Below, in pieces: positions 1 to 8,711 of a DNA stretch of 57,961 bases. A program made the translations under genes and the position numbers. This stretch comes from Candidatus Firestoneibacteriota bacterium (lineage in GTDB: Bacteria > Oederibacteriota > D2-FULL-39-29 > JBBTED01). The notes below the pieces were generated by a model that saw only the letters and a list, made by a program, of their open reading frames with translations, ran no database searches and was not told the origin of the DNA. The DNA is taken from the NCBI GenBank assembly GCA_038042445.1, contig JBBTED010000136.1, positions 1 through 57,961 of the forward strand, written 5' to 3'. Numbering within the stretch: position 1 is the first letter of the stretch; each line of letters opens with the position of its first letter.

Positions 1-974
1 AAGATTATTTTAGTGATGCTCTTAAGGGATTTTATTTTACTCTTAGTGAGTATCATATTCCAACAGATATAGTTATTCCTGAAGATATAGAAAGTGGATG
101 TCTTAAAAATTATTCTATTTTGATATTACCTAATGCAAAAAGATTAAACTCGAAAATAATAGAGTGTATTGAAAAATATGTGAAAAACGGTGGGGGATTA
201 GTTATGACTTACAAAACAGGCTGGGAAGATAAAGAAAACAGATTAATGAAATTTTTAGGTATAAAAAACCGTTTAGAAGTTATTAATAATTTAGAAAAAA
301 GTTCAACTGTAGGATTGCGTGGGGGCCCTAAATTTTTACCACATACATATTACAAAATATATTCTGAAGAGAAAATATGGGAAAAATTAAATAAAAAACT
401 TTTTTCATTTAGAGGTGGGTATATACAGTTGGAGACAGAAAAAGATGTTATTCCTATAGCACATATTTTGGGTTTTGATGATAGCCGCAGACATAGTGAC
501 CATTGCCTGATGGGAGGTTATCCAAGCAGTGAAATTAATCCAATGATATTGACACAAAAATTGGGTAAAGGAAAGATTTTGTATATAACTGCTGAATTAG
601 ATGCAATTTGTCATAGGTTTGGCTGCAAAGATAATATGGAAGTTTTAGTAAATTCTGTTTTGTTTGTATCAGAAAAAGATGTGCCTTTAAAAACAAATCT
701 ATCTGGTTCTGTAGAAGTAGTTACGCACATAAAAGGAAAAAATATTGCAATATTGTTGTTAAATCAGACTACCAATCAATTAAAGCCGTATTCAGTTGTC
801 CGATACGTAGTGCCAATAAATAACGTAGAAATAGGAATAAAAATAGGAAACAAAATTCCTAAAGAAGTGAAATTACTGAAAAATTCAAAGGTAAGTTTTA
901 AGAAAGAAAAAGACTGGCTTCACATCACATTAGAAAAACTTAATGAATATGAATGTATAATGATAGATTTATGA
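1..974 (+). CDS. 5'-truncated glycoside hydrolase-associated protein (beta-galactosidase trimerisation / GATase1-like domain)
   Basis: Frame is open from base 3 (DYFSDALKGFYFTLSEYHIPTDIV..YSILILPN) into ORF 120..974; 'YVKNGGGLV' and 'GKGKILY' are typical of GH42-like trimerisation domains. Confidence 0.6.
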   Translation, partial: DYFSDALKGFYFTLSEYHIPTDIVIPEDIESGCLKNYSILILPNAKRLNSKIIECIEKYVKNGGGLVMTYKTGWEDKENRLMKFLGIKNRLEVINNLEKSSTVGLRGGPKFLPHTYYKIYSEEKIWEKLNKKLFSFRGGYIQLETEKDVIPIAHILGFDDSRRHSDHCLMGGYPSSEINPMILTQKLGKGKILYITAELDAICHRFGCKDNMEVLVNSVLFVSEKDVPLKTNLSGSVEVVTHIKGKNIAILLLNQTTNQLKPYSVVRYVVPINNVEIGIKIGNKIPKEVKLLKNSKVSFKKEKDWLHITLEKLNEYECIMIDL

Positions 975-992
975 AAATGATAAGGAGATGAT

Positions 993-1772
993 ATGAACAG
1001 ATTTAGAAATAAATGTGCAATTATTACAGGTGCAGGCGGAAGTATGGGTATGAAAATTGCAAAAGATTTGATGAAGGAAGGAGCAAAAATATTTTGTACT
1101 GATTCAAATATTAGCAATCTAAATAAACTTAAACATAGTGTCCATAATAAAAATAACTGTATTATTGAAGTTGCAGATGTTACTAAATTAACACAAGTAA
1201 AGAATGTAGTGGGATTTGCAATAAAAAAATTCGGCAAAGTTGACATATTAATTAATACAGCAGGTATTGTCGGACAAAAAAATATTGAAGAAATTACTGA
1301 AGCTGAATTGGATTGTATGTTTAATGTAAATGTAAAAGGCACATTTTTCTTCATTCAGCAGGTAATATCCTGTATGAAAAAACAAAAGTACGGCAGAATA
1401 ATTAATTTTTCTTCGAAATCCGGAAAAACAGGTTCTGCATTAATGTCACATTATTCTGCTACTAAAGCTGCAATTATAGGTTTGACACAGGCATTAGCTT
1501 ACGAATTTGCTCCATATAAAATAACTGTTAATGCGATTTGTCCGGGAATTACTTCTAATACAAATATGTGGAATTCTGTAAATACTGCTTATGCAAAAAA
1601 TCTTAAGATGAATAATAGTCAGGTTTTGGAGAAATTTACAGAAAAAATTCCACTTAAGCGATTAGCAACACTTGAAGATATTTCAGCAGTTACACTTTTT
1701 TTAGCATCTGACGATTCTTCATATATGACTGGCCAGGCACTTAATGTTGATGGTGGTCGTGAAATGCATTAA
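993..1772 (+). CDS. SDR family oxidoreductase, sorbitol-6-phosphate dehydrogenase-like
   Basis: TGAGGSMG Rossmann motif, NTAG, SSKSGK..YSATK catalytic YxxxK, GQALNVDGG C-terminus; SD AAGGAG. Confidence 0.85.
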   Translation: MNRFRNKCAIITGAGGSMGMKIAKDLMKEGAKIFCTDSNISNLNKLKHSVHNKNNCIIEVADVTKLTQVKNVVGFAIKKFGKVDILINTAGIVGQKNIEEITEAELDCMFNVNVKGTFFFIQQVISCMKKQKYGRIINFSSKSGKTGSALMSHYSATKAAIIGLTQALAYEFAPYKITVNAICPGITSNTNMWNSVNTAYAKNLKMNNSQVLEKFTEKIPLKRLATLEDISAVTLFLASDDSSYMTGQALNVDGGREMH

Positions 1773-1848
1773 AAATCTTTCTATCCTCCTTAGCAGAAAC
1801 TTTACTTTTGAATAAAATTAATCCAGATGATGTTCTTGTAAAAAAACA

Positions 1849-1877
1849 TTGATTTTATATGTTATTTTATTTACAAT
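1849..1877 (+). promoter_or_regulatory. sigma70-type promoter, probably leaderless transcript of the MntA-like gene
   Basis: TTGATT-17 nt-TACAAT, ATG 8 nt downstream, no SD. Confidence 0.55.
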
Positions 1878-1885
1878 AACCACAA

Positions 1886-2284
1886 ATGATACAAAAATTA
1901 AAAGAATATTTTGCTGCTAATGATGATGTAACTCTTGTTTTTCTTTTTGGCTCTTATTCGGTAAATAGAGCCATGCAGGATTCAGATGTTGATATTGCAA
2001 TATGGTTTAAAAATCCTGATGATTTGAAAATTATTAATAAAATATGGTTAGATGTGGAGCTACTGCTTAATAAATCAGTTGATATTTTGAGATTAAATTA
2101 TGCATCACCAACTGTTGCTTGGACTTCATTAAGGGGTATACCTTTGGCAATCAAAGATTATAAATTATATTTAAAATTGATTCTAAATGTATCAGCAGAG
2201 GCAGAAGATTCTCAAAATTTCATTTTTGGGCTATGGAAATTACGTAATCAAATAAAGAGAGAACAAAATGTCACCATTAAATAA
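1886..2284 (+). CDS. mntA: MntA-like minimal nucleotidyltransferase antitoxin (type VII TA)
   Basis: LFGSYS-x-SDVDIA (GSx10DxD); overlaps a downstream HEPN gene. Confidence 0.85.
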   Translation: MIQKLKEYFAANDDVTLVFLFGSYSVNRAMQDSDVDIAIWFKNPDDLKIINKIWLDVELLLNKSVDILRLNYASPTVAWTSLRGIPLAIKDYKLYLKLILNVSAEAEDSQNFIFGLWKLRNQIKREQNVTIK

Positions 2285-2702
2285 TACTCAAAAAGAAAGT
2301 ATAATTAAAAGAATTTCATTTGTAGAGGAGGAAATAAAAGATTTGCAGGAATATAAAGATATAGATTGGAAAATATATGCTGAAAATCGCAAAAAAAGAA
2401 AAGAATTGGAAAGGACTATAGAAAATATTGCTAATGCTATAATTGATATTGGAAAATTGATTTTAGCTGGTGAAGAAACAATGATGCCTGAAACCTATTT
2501 ACAAATATTTTTTAAACTAAAAGAATTAGGGTTAATTAATGATGATGATGCAAAATCTATAACTACTTCAATTAAATTAAGAAATATACTTGCACATGAA
2601 TATTTGGACTTGCGATGGCCTATGATTAAACAATTTATAGATTTCGATTATAAAGTTATAGAAAAATTTATAAATATAATAGAAAATTGTATTGTAATTT
2701 AA
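2268..2702 (+). CDS. hepT: HepT-like HEPN ribonuclease toxin (DUF86)
   Basis: LRNILAHEY (Rx4HxY) motif; paired with an MNT gene. Confidence 0.85.
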   Translation: MSPLNNTQKESIIKRISFVEEEIKDLQEYKDIDWKIYAENRKKRKELERTIENIANAIIDIGKLILAGEETMMPETYLQIFFKLKELGLINDDDAKSITTSIKLRNILAHEYLDLRWPMIKQFIDFDYKVIEKFINIIENCIVI

Positions 2703-2721
2703 ATAGGGAGAATGAAATAGT

Positions 2722-4185
2722 ATGAGTGATATTTTAGACCAAAGACTATTGAATTTAAAGGAAATTATAAATATGGGGGTTGAGCCTTTTCCATATAAAT
2801 ATGAAGTGACACATAAGGCAAAAGATATTCTTGAGAAATATGGGAATATAGCAATCGGAGAAAAAGTTGCAGAAGTCATTGTTTCAATAGCTGGAAGAAT
2901 AATTACATCAAGAGAACACGGCAAAAGTGCTTTTGCCAATATAAAAGATATGACATCAAAAATCCAAATTTATATTAAACAGGATGAAGTAGGAGAAAAG
3001 AATTATGATTTGTTTAAAAAATTTGATATTGGTGATTTTGTTGGAATAAAAGGTACTATTTTTAAAACTCGGACTGGTGAATTAACGGTCAAAGTTTTAG
3101 AATTGACGTTTTTAAGCAAAGCATTAATGCCACTTCCTGAAAAATGGCATGGGTTAAAGGATGTAGAAATTCGTTATAGACAAAGATATTTGGATTTAAT
3201 AGCTAATCCTGAAGTGGCTAATACATTTATAACAAGAAGTAAACTTATTGCCGAAATAAGAAAATTTTTAAATGAAAAAGAATTTATGGAAGTGGAAACT
3301 CCAATGATGCAGCCAATTCCGGGTGGTGCTGCAGCAAGGCCGTTTGTTACACATCATAATGCATTAGACATAGATCTCTATTTAAGAGTTGCACCTGAAC
3401 TTTATCTGAAACGTTTGATAATTGGAGGATTTGAAAAAGTTTATGAGATAAATCGCAATTTCAGAAATGAAGGTATCTCAATACGGCATAATCCTGAATT
3501 TACAATGTTAGAGGTGTATCAGAGTTATGCGGATTATGAAGATATGATGAAATTAACTGAAGAATTATTTGCAAATTTATGCCAGGTGTTATGTGGGAGT
3601 TTCAAAATTAAATATCAGGAATATGAACTTGATTTTACTCCTCCTTGGAAAAAATTAACGGTATATGGTGTGATAAAAGAATATCTTGATTTGGATATTG
3701 AGAATAAGAGTGTTCAAGAGATACGGCAAGTTGCCACAAATTTAAATTTAGGTGTAAAAAATGAATCCACAAAAGGAGAATTAGTAGATTTGATATTTGA
3801 AAAATGTGTTCAGCATAAATTAATCCAGCCTACTTTTATTATGGATTTTCCTTTTGAGACAGCTCCACTTGCAAAACGCAAGCGTGGAAATCCAGAACTT
3901 GTTGAGAGATTTGAGCCATACATTTGTGGTCTTGAAATTGGAAATTCGTTTTCTGAACTTAATAATCCTGTTGAACAACGTGAACGATTTGTTGAACAGG
4001 CTAAAATGCTTGAAAATGGATATGAAGAAGCTCAGAAAATGGATGAAGATTTTCTTAAAGCATTAGAGTATGGTATGCCGCCTGCTGGAGGACTTGGGCT
4101 TGGTATAGATAGAATTGCAATGATATTTACAAATTCCAAATCAATTCGTGATGTTTTATTATTTCCTACATTGCGTCCTGAATAA
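2722..4185 (+). CDS. lysS: lysine--tRNA ligase (class II)
   Basis: PLPEKWHGL, RQRYLDL, GGAAARPF, YLRVAPELYLKRL, HNPEFT, GIDR motifs. Confidence 0.98.
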   Translation: MSDILDQRLLNLKEIINMGVEPFPYKYEVTHKAKDILEKYGNIAIGEKVAEVIVSIAGRIITSREHGKSAFANIKDMTSKIQIYIKQDEVGEKNYDLFKKFDIGDFVGIKGTIFKTRTGELTVKVLELTFLSKALMPLPEKWHGLKDVEIRYRQRYLDLIANPEVANTFITRSKLIAEIRKFLNEKEFMEVETPMMQPIPGGAAARPFVTHHNALDIDLYLRVAPELYLKRLIIGGFEKVYEINRNFRNEGISIRHNPEFTMLEVYQSYADYEDMMKLTEELFANLCQVLCGSFKIKYQEYELDFTPPWKKLTVYGVIKEYLDLDIENKSVQEIRQVATNLNLGVKNESTKGELVDLIFEKCVQHKLIQPTFIMDFPFETAPLAKRKRGNPELVERFEPYICGLEIGNSFSELNNPVEQRERFVEQAKMLENGYEEAQKMDEDFLKALEYGMPPAGGLGLGIDRIAMIFTNSKSIRDVLLFPTLRPE

Positions 4186-4187
4186 AT

Positions 4188-5072
4188 ATGTTTCTACAGC
4201 AGCTAATTAATGGTTTAACTCTTGGAAGTATTTATGCATTAATTGCACTTGGTTATACTATGGTTTATGGAATACTTGAATTTATAAATTTCGCCCATGG
4301 TGAAATTTATATGGTAGGTGCATATTTGGGACTTGCAATGATGTATATTTTAAATAATACTTTCTTATCGCACAATCCACTTTTGTTGATTAGTTTAACT
4401 TTTTTATTTTCTATGCTTGCAATAGCGGGTTTAGGTGTAATTATTGAGAAAGTAGCATATAAACCATTGCGAAATACCGGCAGATTAGTCCCACTAATTA
4501 CAGCTCTTGGAATATCTATTTTTTTACAGAATGCTGTTATGATTATAGCTGGTTCTGAAAAAAAATCATATCCTCAATTATTTCCAAGTGGAGGTTTTAA
4601 TATAGGGGATGCCCGGATAACATATCTTCAGATATTTATAATAATTGGTTCAATTTTATTAATGTTGTTACTTAATATTTTTATCAAGAATACAAAATTG
4701 GGAAAAGCAATGCGTGCGACAGCTCAAGATAGACGTACTGCAAGTTTGATGGGTATTAATGTTGACAAAATAATTTCTACTACTTTTTTTATTGGGTCAG
4801 CATTGGGTGCTGCAGCTGGAATTATGGTAGGAATGTATTACCGGGAAGTTAATTTTTATATGGGGTATTTATCCGGAATTAAGGCATTTACTGCTGCTGT
4901 GCTTGGAGGCATTGGGAATATACCTGGTGCTATGTTTGGTGGAATAATTTTAGGGGTTTTGGAAAGTGTTGGAACAGGTATTATAAGCGCAGAATACAAA
5001 GATATTTTTGCTTTTACGATTCTTATTTTAGTATTAATATTTAAACCATCCGGCTTATTCGGAAAAACGTAG
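4188..5072 (+). CDS. livH: branched-chain amino acid ABC transporter permease
   Basis: QQLINGLTLGSIYALIALGYTMVYG, INFAHG, KAFTAAVLGGIG. Confidence 0.95.
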   Translation: MFLQQLINGLTLGSIYALIALGYTMVYGILEFINFAHGEIYMVGAYLGLAMMYILNNTFLSHNPLLLISLTFLFSMLAIAGLGVIIEKVAYKPLRNTGRLVPLITALGISIFLQNAVMIIAGSEKKSYPQLFPSGGFNIGDARITYLQIFIIIGSILLMLLLNIFIKNTKLGKAMRATAQDRRTASLMGINVDKIISTTFFIGSALGAAAGIMVGMYYREVNFYMGYLSGIKAFTAAVLGGIGNIPGAMFGGIILGVLESVGTGIISAEYKDIFAFTILILVLIFKPSGLFGKT

Positions 5073-5088
5073 TTGCCGATTTATCGGC
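5069..5088 (+). repeat. GTAG-type REP-like palindrome
   Basis: GTAGTT-GCCGAT-TT-ATCGGC; an identical 20-mer occurs at 45007..45026; its TAG is the livH stop. Confidence 0.7.
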
Positions 5089-5104
5089 GTTGTTTTGAAA
5101 AAAT

Positions 5105-6019
5105 ATGAAGAAGTATGGTCAAAAAGTTAAAATAATTGTAGTGTTAGCTGCTGTATTTATCTTTCCACTTTTAACTAATTCGTATTGGACACATATTGCT
5201 ACACTTGCAGGGGTTTATATAATCTTGAGTCTTGGGTTAAATATAATACTTGGATTTTGTGGTATTCTTATGCTTGGATATGCAGCTTTGTATGGTATTG
5301 GTGCATATTTTGCAGCATTAGCAAGTACAAATTTGCATTTATCGTTTTGGCTGACATTACCAATAAGTTTTTTAGCCACTCTTTTTTTTAGTGTGCTTGC
5401 CGGTGCACCTGCAATTCGTCTTAAAGGTGATTATCTTGCAATTGTTACTTTGGGTTTTGGAGAAATTATCCGCTTACTTTTTAATAATTTGGATGTTGTG
5501 ACTAATGGGCCGAAAGGTATACGTGGAATTGCGCACCCTGAATTTTTTAGTTTCAAATTTTCATCTCCAACACATTTTTATTATCTGGTGTTATTTTTTG
5601 TTTTGGCTATAGCTTTTTTTGTATATAAGCTAAAAAAATCAAAAATAGGAAAAGCATGGTTTGCAATTAAAGAAGATGAAATTGCTGCGCAATCTTGTGG
5701 AATTGACACTACTTATATGAAGTTTTTGGCATTTGCAATTGGTGGTGGAATTGCAGGAATTGCAGGCTGCTTTTATGCACACTGGATAGGGTTTATAAGT
5801 CCTGAAAGTTTTACATTCTATGAGTCAGTATTAATTGTAAGTATGGTTGTTTTAGGTGGAATGGGTAATATAAAAGGGTGTATAATTTCAGCGATTATTT
5901 TGAGTTTACTTCCTGAAGTTTTACGTGGATTTCAATCATACAGAATGTTAATATTTGGAGCGCTTTTAGTTTTAATAATGATATTTAAACCAGAAGGTTT
6001 AATTTTAAAGAAGAAATAA
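5105..6019 (+). CDS. livM: branched-chain amino acid ABC transporter permease
   Basis: LKGDYLAIVTLGFGEIIR, TNGPKG, VVLGGMG. Confidence 0.95.
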   Translation: MKKYGQKVKIIVVLAAVFIFPLLTNSYWTHIATLAGVYIILSLGLNIILGFCGILMLGYAALYGIGAYFAALASTNLHLSFWLTLPISFLATLFFSVLAGAPAIRLKGDYLAIVTLGFGEIIRLLFNNLDVVTNGPKGIRGIAHPEFFSFKFSSPTHFYYLVLFFVLAIAFFVYKLKKSKIGKAWFAIKEDEIAAQSCGIDTTYMKFLAFAIGGGIAGIAGCFYAHWIGFISPESFTFYESVLIVSMVVLGGMGNIKGCIISAIILSLLPEVLRGFQSYRMLIFGALLVLIMIFKPEGLILKKK

Positions 6020-6020
6020 T

Positions 6021-6785
6021 ATGATGTTAACAACAAAAGCGCTTACAAAAAATTTTGGAGGAGTTATTGCATTAAATAATGTTGATATAACAATTGAAAA
6101 AGGTAAAATAATAAGTTTGATAGGTCCCAATGGTGCAGGAAAAACAACTTTTTTTAACTGCATAACAGGTATGTATCCACCAACATCCGGTAAAGTATAT
6201 TTTAATGCGAGTTCTGAAAAAAATAAAGATATAGACAGATTGAAACCAATGGAAATTGCACGTTTGGGTATAGCCCGGACATTTCAGAATATACGATTAT
6301 TTGCAAATATGACTTGTTTTGAAAATGTACTTGTTGGTAAAATATGCAGGTCAAAAGCAGGGCTATTTTCTACTTTTTTTACTGATTTTAGTAAAGAAAA
6401 AGAAATATCTGAAGAGGTATACGATTTACTGGAATTTGTTGGATTAGCAGATGTTGCAAATGAAATTTCACAGAATTTACCGTATGGAAAGCAAAGACGT
6501 CTTGAAATTGCACGGGCATTAGCTATAAAGCCACAACTTCTTTTACTTGATGAACCTGTTGCAGGTATGAATTCTCAAGAGATAATAGAAGTGATGGATT
6601 TAATAAAAAAAATACAAGGAAAAGGTATTACAGTTTTTTTTATTGAACATGATATGAAAATGGTTATGAATATTTCAGATAAAGTGATAGTATTAAATTA
6701 TGGAATTAAAATTGCAGAAGGTCCGCCTGAAGATATTCAGAAAAATGAAAAAGTAATTACTGCATATCTTGGCGAAGAGAGATAA
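6021..6785 (+). CDS. livG: branched-chain amino acid ABC transporter ATP-binding protein
   Basis: GPNGAGKTT, GIARTFQN, LPYG, LLDEP, AYLGE. Confidence 0.95.
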   Translation: MMLTTKALTKNFGGVIALNNVDITIEKGKIISLIGPNGAGKTTFFNCITGMYPPTSGKVYFNASSEKNKDIDRLKPMEIARLGIARTFQNIRLFANMTCFENVLVGKICRSKAGLFSTFFTDFSKEKEISEEVYDLLEFVGLADVANEISQNLPYGKQRRLEIARALAIKPQLLLLDEPVAGMNSQEIIEVMDLIKKIQGKGITVFFIEHDMKMVMNISDKVIVLNYGIKIAEGPPEDIQKNEKVITAYLGEER

Positions 6786-6800
6786 AGGAGGGGAAAGTAT

Positions 6801-7898
6801 ATGAATGTTAATATTTTATTAAATGAAATGCTTGATCAACAGGCATCTGATATTCATCTGAAAGTTGGGAGTCCGCCTCTTTGGCGTATTGATGGTAAGC
6901 TTATTAATTTCGGAGATGAGAAGTTAACGCCAAAACTTACTGAAGAGGTGGCAAATCAGTTAATGACTGAGCAACAGAAACAAAAATTTCAGCAAAAAAA
7001 CGAAATTGATATTGCTAAAGATTTGGGTGATTGGAGATTGCGCGCAAATATTTGCAGGCAGAGGGGGACTGTTGCAATTTCTTTAAGAATTATCTCGCAA
7101 AAAATTTTATCATTTGATGAATTAAATTTACCTGCTGTTCTCAAAGAAATAGCAATGGAACAAAGAGGGCTTATTTTAGTTACAGGTACAGCAGGCAGTG
7201 GAAAATCTACAACTTTGGCTGCAATGATAAACTATATAAATGAGAATAAAGCCGCTAATATTGTTACTATAGAAGATCCTATTGAATATATACACTCAGA
7301 TAAAAAAAGCTGTATATCCCAGAGAGAAGTAGGTGTAGATACAGAATCTTTTGCCTGTGCTTTGAAAAATATTTTACGCCAGGATCCTGATGTTTGTATG
7401 GTTGGTGAGATGCGTGATTATGAAACAATATCTGCTGGTGTAACAGCTGCAGAAACAGGTCATTTGGTAATGAGTAGTCTTCATACAATTGATGCGAGTC
7501 AGACAGTTGATAGAATAATTGATTCCTTTCCAGTAGAACAACAGACTCAGATAAGAGGTCAATTAGCTGCTACTCTTACTGCTGTTATTTCATTAAGATT
7601 GCTTGCAAAAACCGGTGGAGCAGGTAGAGTGCCTGGTGTGGAGATTTTACTTGCAACTCCAACTGTTCGTACACTTATTCGTGAGCAAAAAACCTCGCAA
7701 ATAAAATCAGCTATTCAGTCTGGCATAACACAATATGGAATGCAAACTTTTGACCAGAGTCTTCTTGGTTTGTATCAAAAAGGTTTAATAAAAATGGAAG
7801 ATGCATTGGCTGAAGCTACTTCAGCGAGTGAATTGAAACTCGCAATAGATGGAATAGTATCCGGTAGTGCAGGAACACAAGTAAAAATGAAACGATAA
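6801..7898 (+). CDS. pilT: PilT/PilU family type IV pilus retraction ATPase
   Basis: ASDIHL, GTAGSGKSTT, TIEDPIE, QREVG, RQDPD, GEMRD, AETGH, LHT, VRTLIRE, GMQTFDQ; strong SD AGGAGG. Confidence 0.92.
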   Translation: MNVNILLNEMLDQQASDIHLKVGSPPLWRIDGKLINFGDEKLTPKLTEEVANQLMTEQQKQKFQQKNEIDIAKDLGDWRLRANICRQRGTVAISLRIISQKILSFDELNLPAVLKEIAMEQRGLILVTGTAGSGKSTTLAAMINYINENKAANIVTIEDPIEYIHSDKKSCISQREVGVDTESFACALKNILRQDPDVCMVGEMRDYETISAGVTAAETGHLVMSSLHTIDASQTVDRIIDSFPVEQQTQIRGQLAATLTAVISLRLLAKTGGAGRVPGVEILLATPTVRTLIREQKTSQIKSAIQSGITQYGMQTFDQSLLGLYQKGLIKMEDALAEATSASELKLAIDGIVSGSAGTQVKMKR

Positions 7899-7908
7899 AT
7901 TTTATGTT

Positions 7909-7930
7909 GTAGCGGCGAATGTAAATTCGC
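7909..7930 (+). repeat. GTAG-type REP-like palindrome
   Basis: GTAGCG-GCGAAT-GTAA-ATTCGC between pilT and livF. Confidence 0.55.
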
Positions 7931-7942
7931 TAAATTCGTCCT

Positions 7943-8647
7943 ATGTTAAAATTAGCAGATGTTTGTGTGTCATACAATCATATTGAAGCACTTAAGGGTA
8001 TAAGTCTCGAAATTAAAAAAGGCGAAATAGTTACATTGATTGGGGCAAATGGTGCAGGGAAAACTACTACATTGATGGCAATATCCGGAATTGTCCAACC
8101 TACTTCTGGCGAAATAAAATTTAATGATATTTTGCTAAATAATATGTCTTCTGACAATATTGTTAAAGCAGGAATTTCACAAGTTCCTGAAGGCAGGCAT
8201 ATATTTTCAAAACTTACTGTGAAAGAGAATTTAGAAATTGGAGCTTTTTTAAGAAATGACCATAAAGAAATAAAAAATGATTTCGAGAAGATATATTCTG
8301 TTTTTCCGGTTTTAAAAGAAAGAAACAAACAAATAGCAGGAACATTAAGTGGTGGTGAACAGCAGATGCTTGCAATAGGCAGGGCACTTATGGCAAGGCC
8401 AATTTTGTTATTATTAGATGAACCATTACTTGGATTAGCACCGCAAGTTGAGCAAATGATATTTAAAGTTATAAAAGATATAACTCAAATAGGGACTACA
8501 ATATTTCTTGTAGAGCAGAATGTACATTTAGCTTTGAAAATTGCAAATAGAGGATATGTGCTTGAAACCGGAAGAATTGTATTAGAAGGCACCCCAGATG
8601 AACTTTTGAAAAATGAACGAATTCACAAGGCATATTTGGGTGAATGA
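7943..8647 (+). CDS. livF: branched-chain amino acid ABC transporter ATP-binding protein
   Basis: GANGAGKTT, VPEGR, LSGGEQQM, LVEQN, RGYVLETG, AYLG. Confidence 0.95.
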   Translation: MLKLADVCVSYNHIEALKGISLEIKKGEIVTLIGANGAGKTTTLMAISGIVQPTSGEIKFNDILLNNMSSDNIVKAGISQVPEGRHIFSKLTVKENLEIGAFLRNDHKEIKNDFEKIYSVFPVLKERNKQIAGTLSGGEQQMLAIGRALMARPILLLLDEPLLGLAPQVEQMIFKVIKDITQIGTTIFLVEQNVHLALKIANRGYVLETGRIVLEGTPDELLKNERIHKAYLGE

Positions 8648-8711
8648 AGACTTAAACTACGTATAAAATGCTTGACAAATCGCATTATATTTTGCATTAT
8701 ATTTAGTAGAT

